Shown here one piece after another: positions 63,150 to 64,000 of a stretch of 64,000 nt of DNA. The translations under genes and the position numbers were made by a program. The notes beneath the pieces are model-generated. The model had not been told where the DNA came from and searched no databases. It saw nothing but the letters and a program-made list of their open reading frames with translations. The stretch lies in contig NIVC01001383.1 in assembly GCA_002269645.1 (NCBI GenBank), positions 116,606-180,605 of the forward strand, in the 5' to 3' direction. The DNA is from Macrostomum lignano. Lineage: Eukaryota. Positions within the stretch are counted from its first letter, which is position 1. Every line of letters starts with the position of its first letter.

Positions 63150-63700
63150 GGTGCCTACTATCTTGGAGTGCTTGCTATCTGGAGATGCGTGCTATCTGGG
63201 GGTGCTTGCTATCTGGGGGGATGCTTGCTATCTTGGGGGTTCTAGCTATCTGGGGGTGCTTGCTATTAGGTGGATGCTTGCTATCTGGGGTGCCTGCTAT
63301 CTTGGAGTGCTTGCTATCTGGAGATGCGTGCTATCTGGGGGTGCTTGCTATCTGGGGGTGCTTGCTATCTGGGGGTGCTTGCTATCTGGGGGTGCTTGCT
63401 ATCTGGGGGTGCTTGCTATTAGGTGGATGCTTGCTATTAGGTGGATGCTTGCTATCTGGGGGTGCTTGCTATTAGGTGGATGCTTGCTATCTGGGGGTGC
63501 TTGCTATCTAAGGGTGCTTGCTATTAGGTGGATGCTTGCTATCTGGGGTGCCTGCTATCTGGGGGTGCTTGCTATCTGGAGATGCTTGCCTTGCTATCCA
63601 AGGGTGCTTGCTATCTGGGGATGCTTGCTATCTAAGGGTGCTTGCTATTAGGTGGATGCTTGCTATCTGGGGGTGCTTGCTATCTGGGGGGTTGCTTGCT
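63150..63700. repeat. 17-bp minisatellite (GGGGGTGCTTGCTATCT), about 32 copies, inside unit 6
   Basis: Direct periodicity. Confidence 0.95.
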
Positions 63701-64000
63701 GTCCTGGGATATTTTTTTGCATTGCACTTCATTTGAGCAGTTTTTCTATTGTCTATGTGAAGGCTTTATTTGGCCGTCTTTTTGATACTTGTAGAGTGCC
63801 AGAGATTCTATCTAGATGCCCCCATCGGGGGGCGAAGATTGCTAGTCTCTATACTAAAGTTGACGCGTTGTTTGTCTGTATGTGTGTCTGTCATTTCGAC
63901 AACTCCTCCTTGAATAGTGGCAACTCAGCGTTGAAACTTATATGGGAAGATTGGAAATTATCCGAGGTCGGCTATAGGCTATTTTAATTCTGAAATTTTA

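Larger units (their letters stand above)
52667..64000 (+). mobile_element. Head-to-tail array of non-autonomous Helitron-like elements (units approx. 52667-52850 head only, 52851-53900, 53901-55126, 55127-56515, 56516-58048, 58049-60948, 60949-63845, 63846->64000)
   Basis: Heads are T(C/A)...(T)A(A/T)TACTAAA followed by GTTT/GTCT microsatellite. Tails are the CTCCTCC-nnn-GGAGGAG hairpin, 5 nt, then CTCG, or the GCCCCC-ATCG-GGGGGC hairpin, 8 nt, then CTAG (63842-63845), each joined to the next head. The first unit starts at A|TC. No TIRs, TSDs or Rep/helicase ORF. Confidence 0.75.

Noticed and set aside
52667-64000. Autonomous Helitron, or upstream FNDC3 exons within the array
   Set aside because: No Rep (HUH) or PIF1-helicase motifs in any frame, the short ORFs recur with the repeat units, and no FNDC3 N-terminal exon was recognised.

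Overview
Eukaryotic (metazoan) genomic DNA with GC-rich exons and introns packed with tandem repeats. The style resembles a free-living flatworm such as Macrostomum, but that is inference only. Three protein-coding genes are supported. (1) The terminal exon of a DAXX-like H3.3 chaperone (+, 892-2446): end of the histone-binding domain, acidic tract, an internal coding 21-bp minisatellite and a C-terminal SIM. (2) A complete two-exon class A peptide GPCR of the FMRFamide-receptor-like group (+, 9180-9618 and 18072-18961; 442 aa; polyQ tail). (3) A convergent, 5'-truncated FNDC3/miles-to-go orthologue (-, seven exons from 52616 to 27591; nine FN3 domains plus a tail anchor), including a 75-nt exon missed by the ORF track. 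Roughly 30 unrelated micro- and minisatellite arrays fill the introns and UTRs. Many start within tens of bases of a splice site, and their C/G strand bias largely flips at the convergent gene boundary. Mobile elements: a TA-flanked, internally deleted mariner inserted in a minisatellite; a 1.6-kb foldback element with 471-bp inverted arms and a Tc1/IS630-like HTH relic; hAT- and PIF-like MITEs; a deleted Gypsy pol relic; faint LINE and piggyBac-like relics. The most striking non-genic structure is an 11.3-kb head-to-tail array of non-autonomous Helitron-like units (52667 to >64000) in an FNDC3 intron. It has hairpin-CTCG or hairpin-CTAG 3' ends joined directly to the next 5' end, mixed subfamilies, internal (CCCTAA)n seeds and a captured tRNA-like segment. 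No CRISPR array, rRNA or intact tRNA was found. Most ORFs in the supplied track are shadows of tandem repeats.
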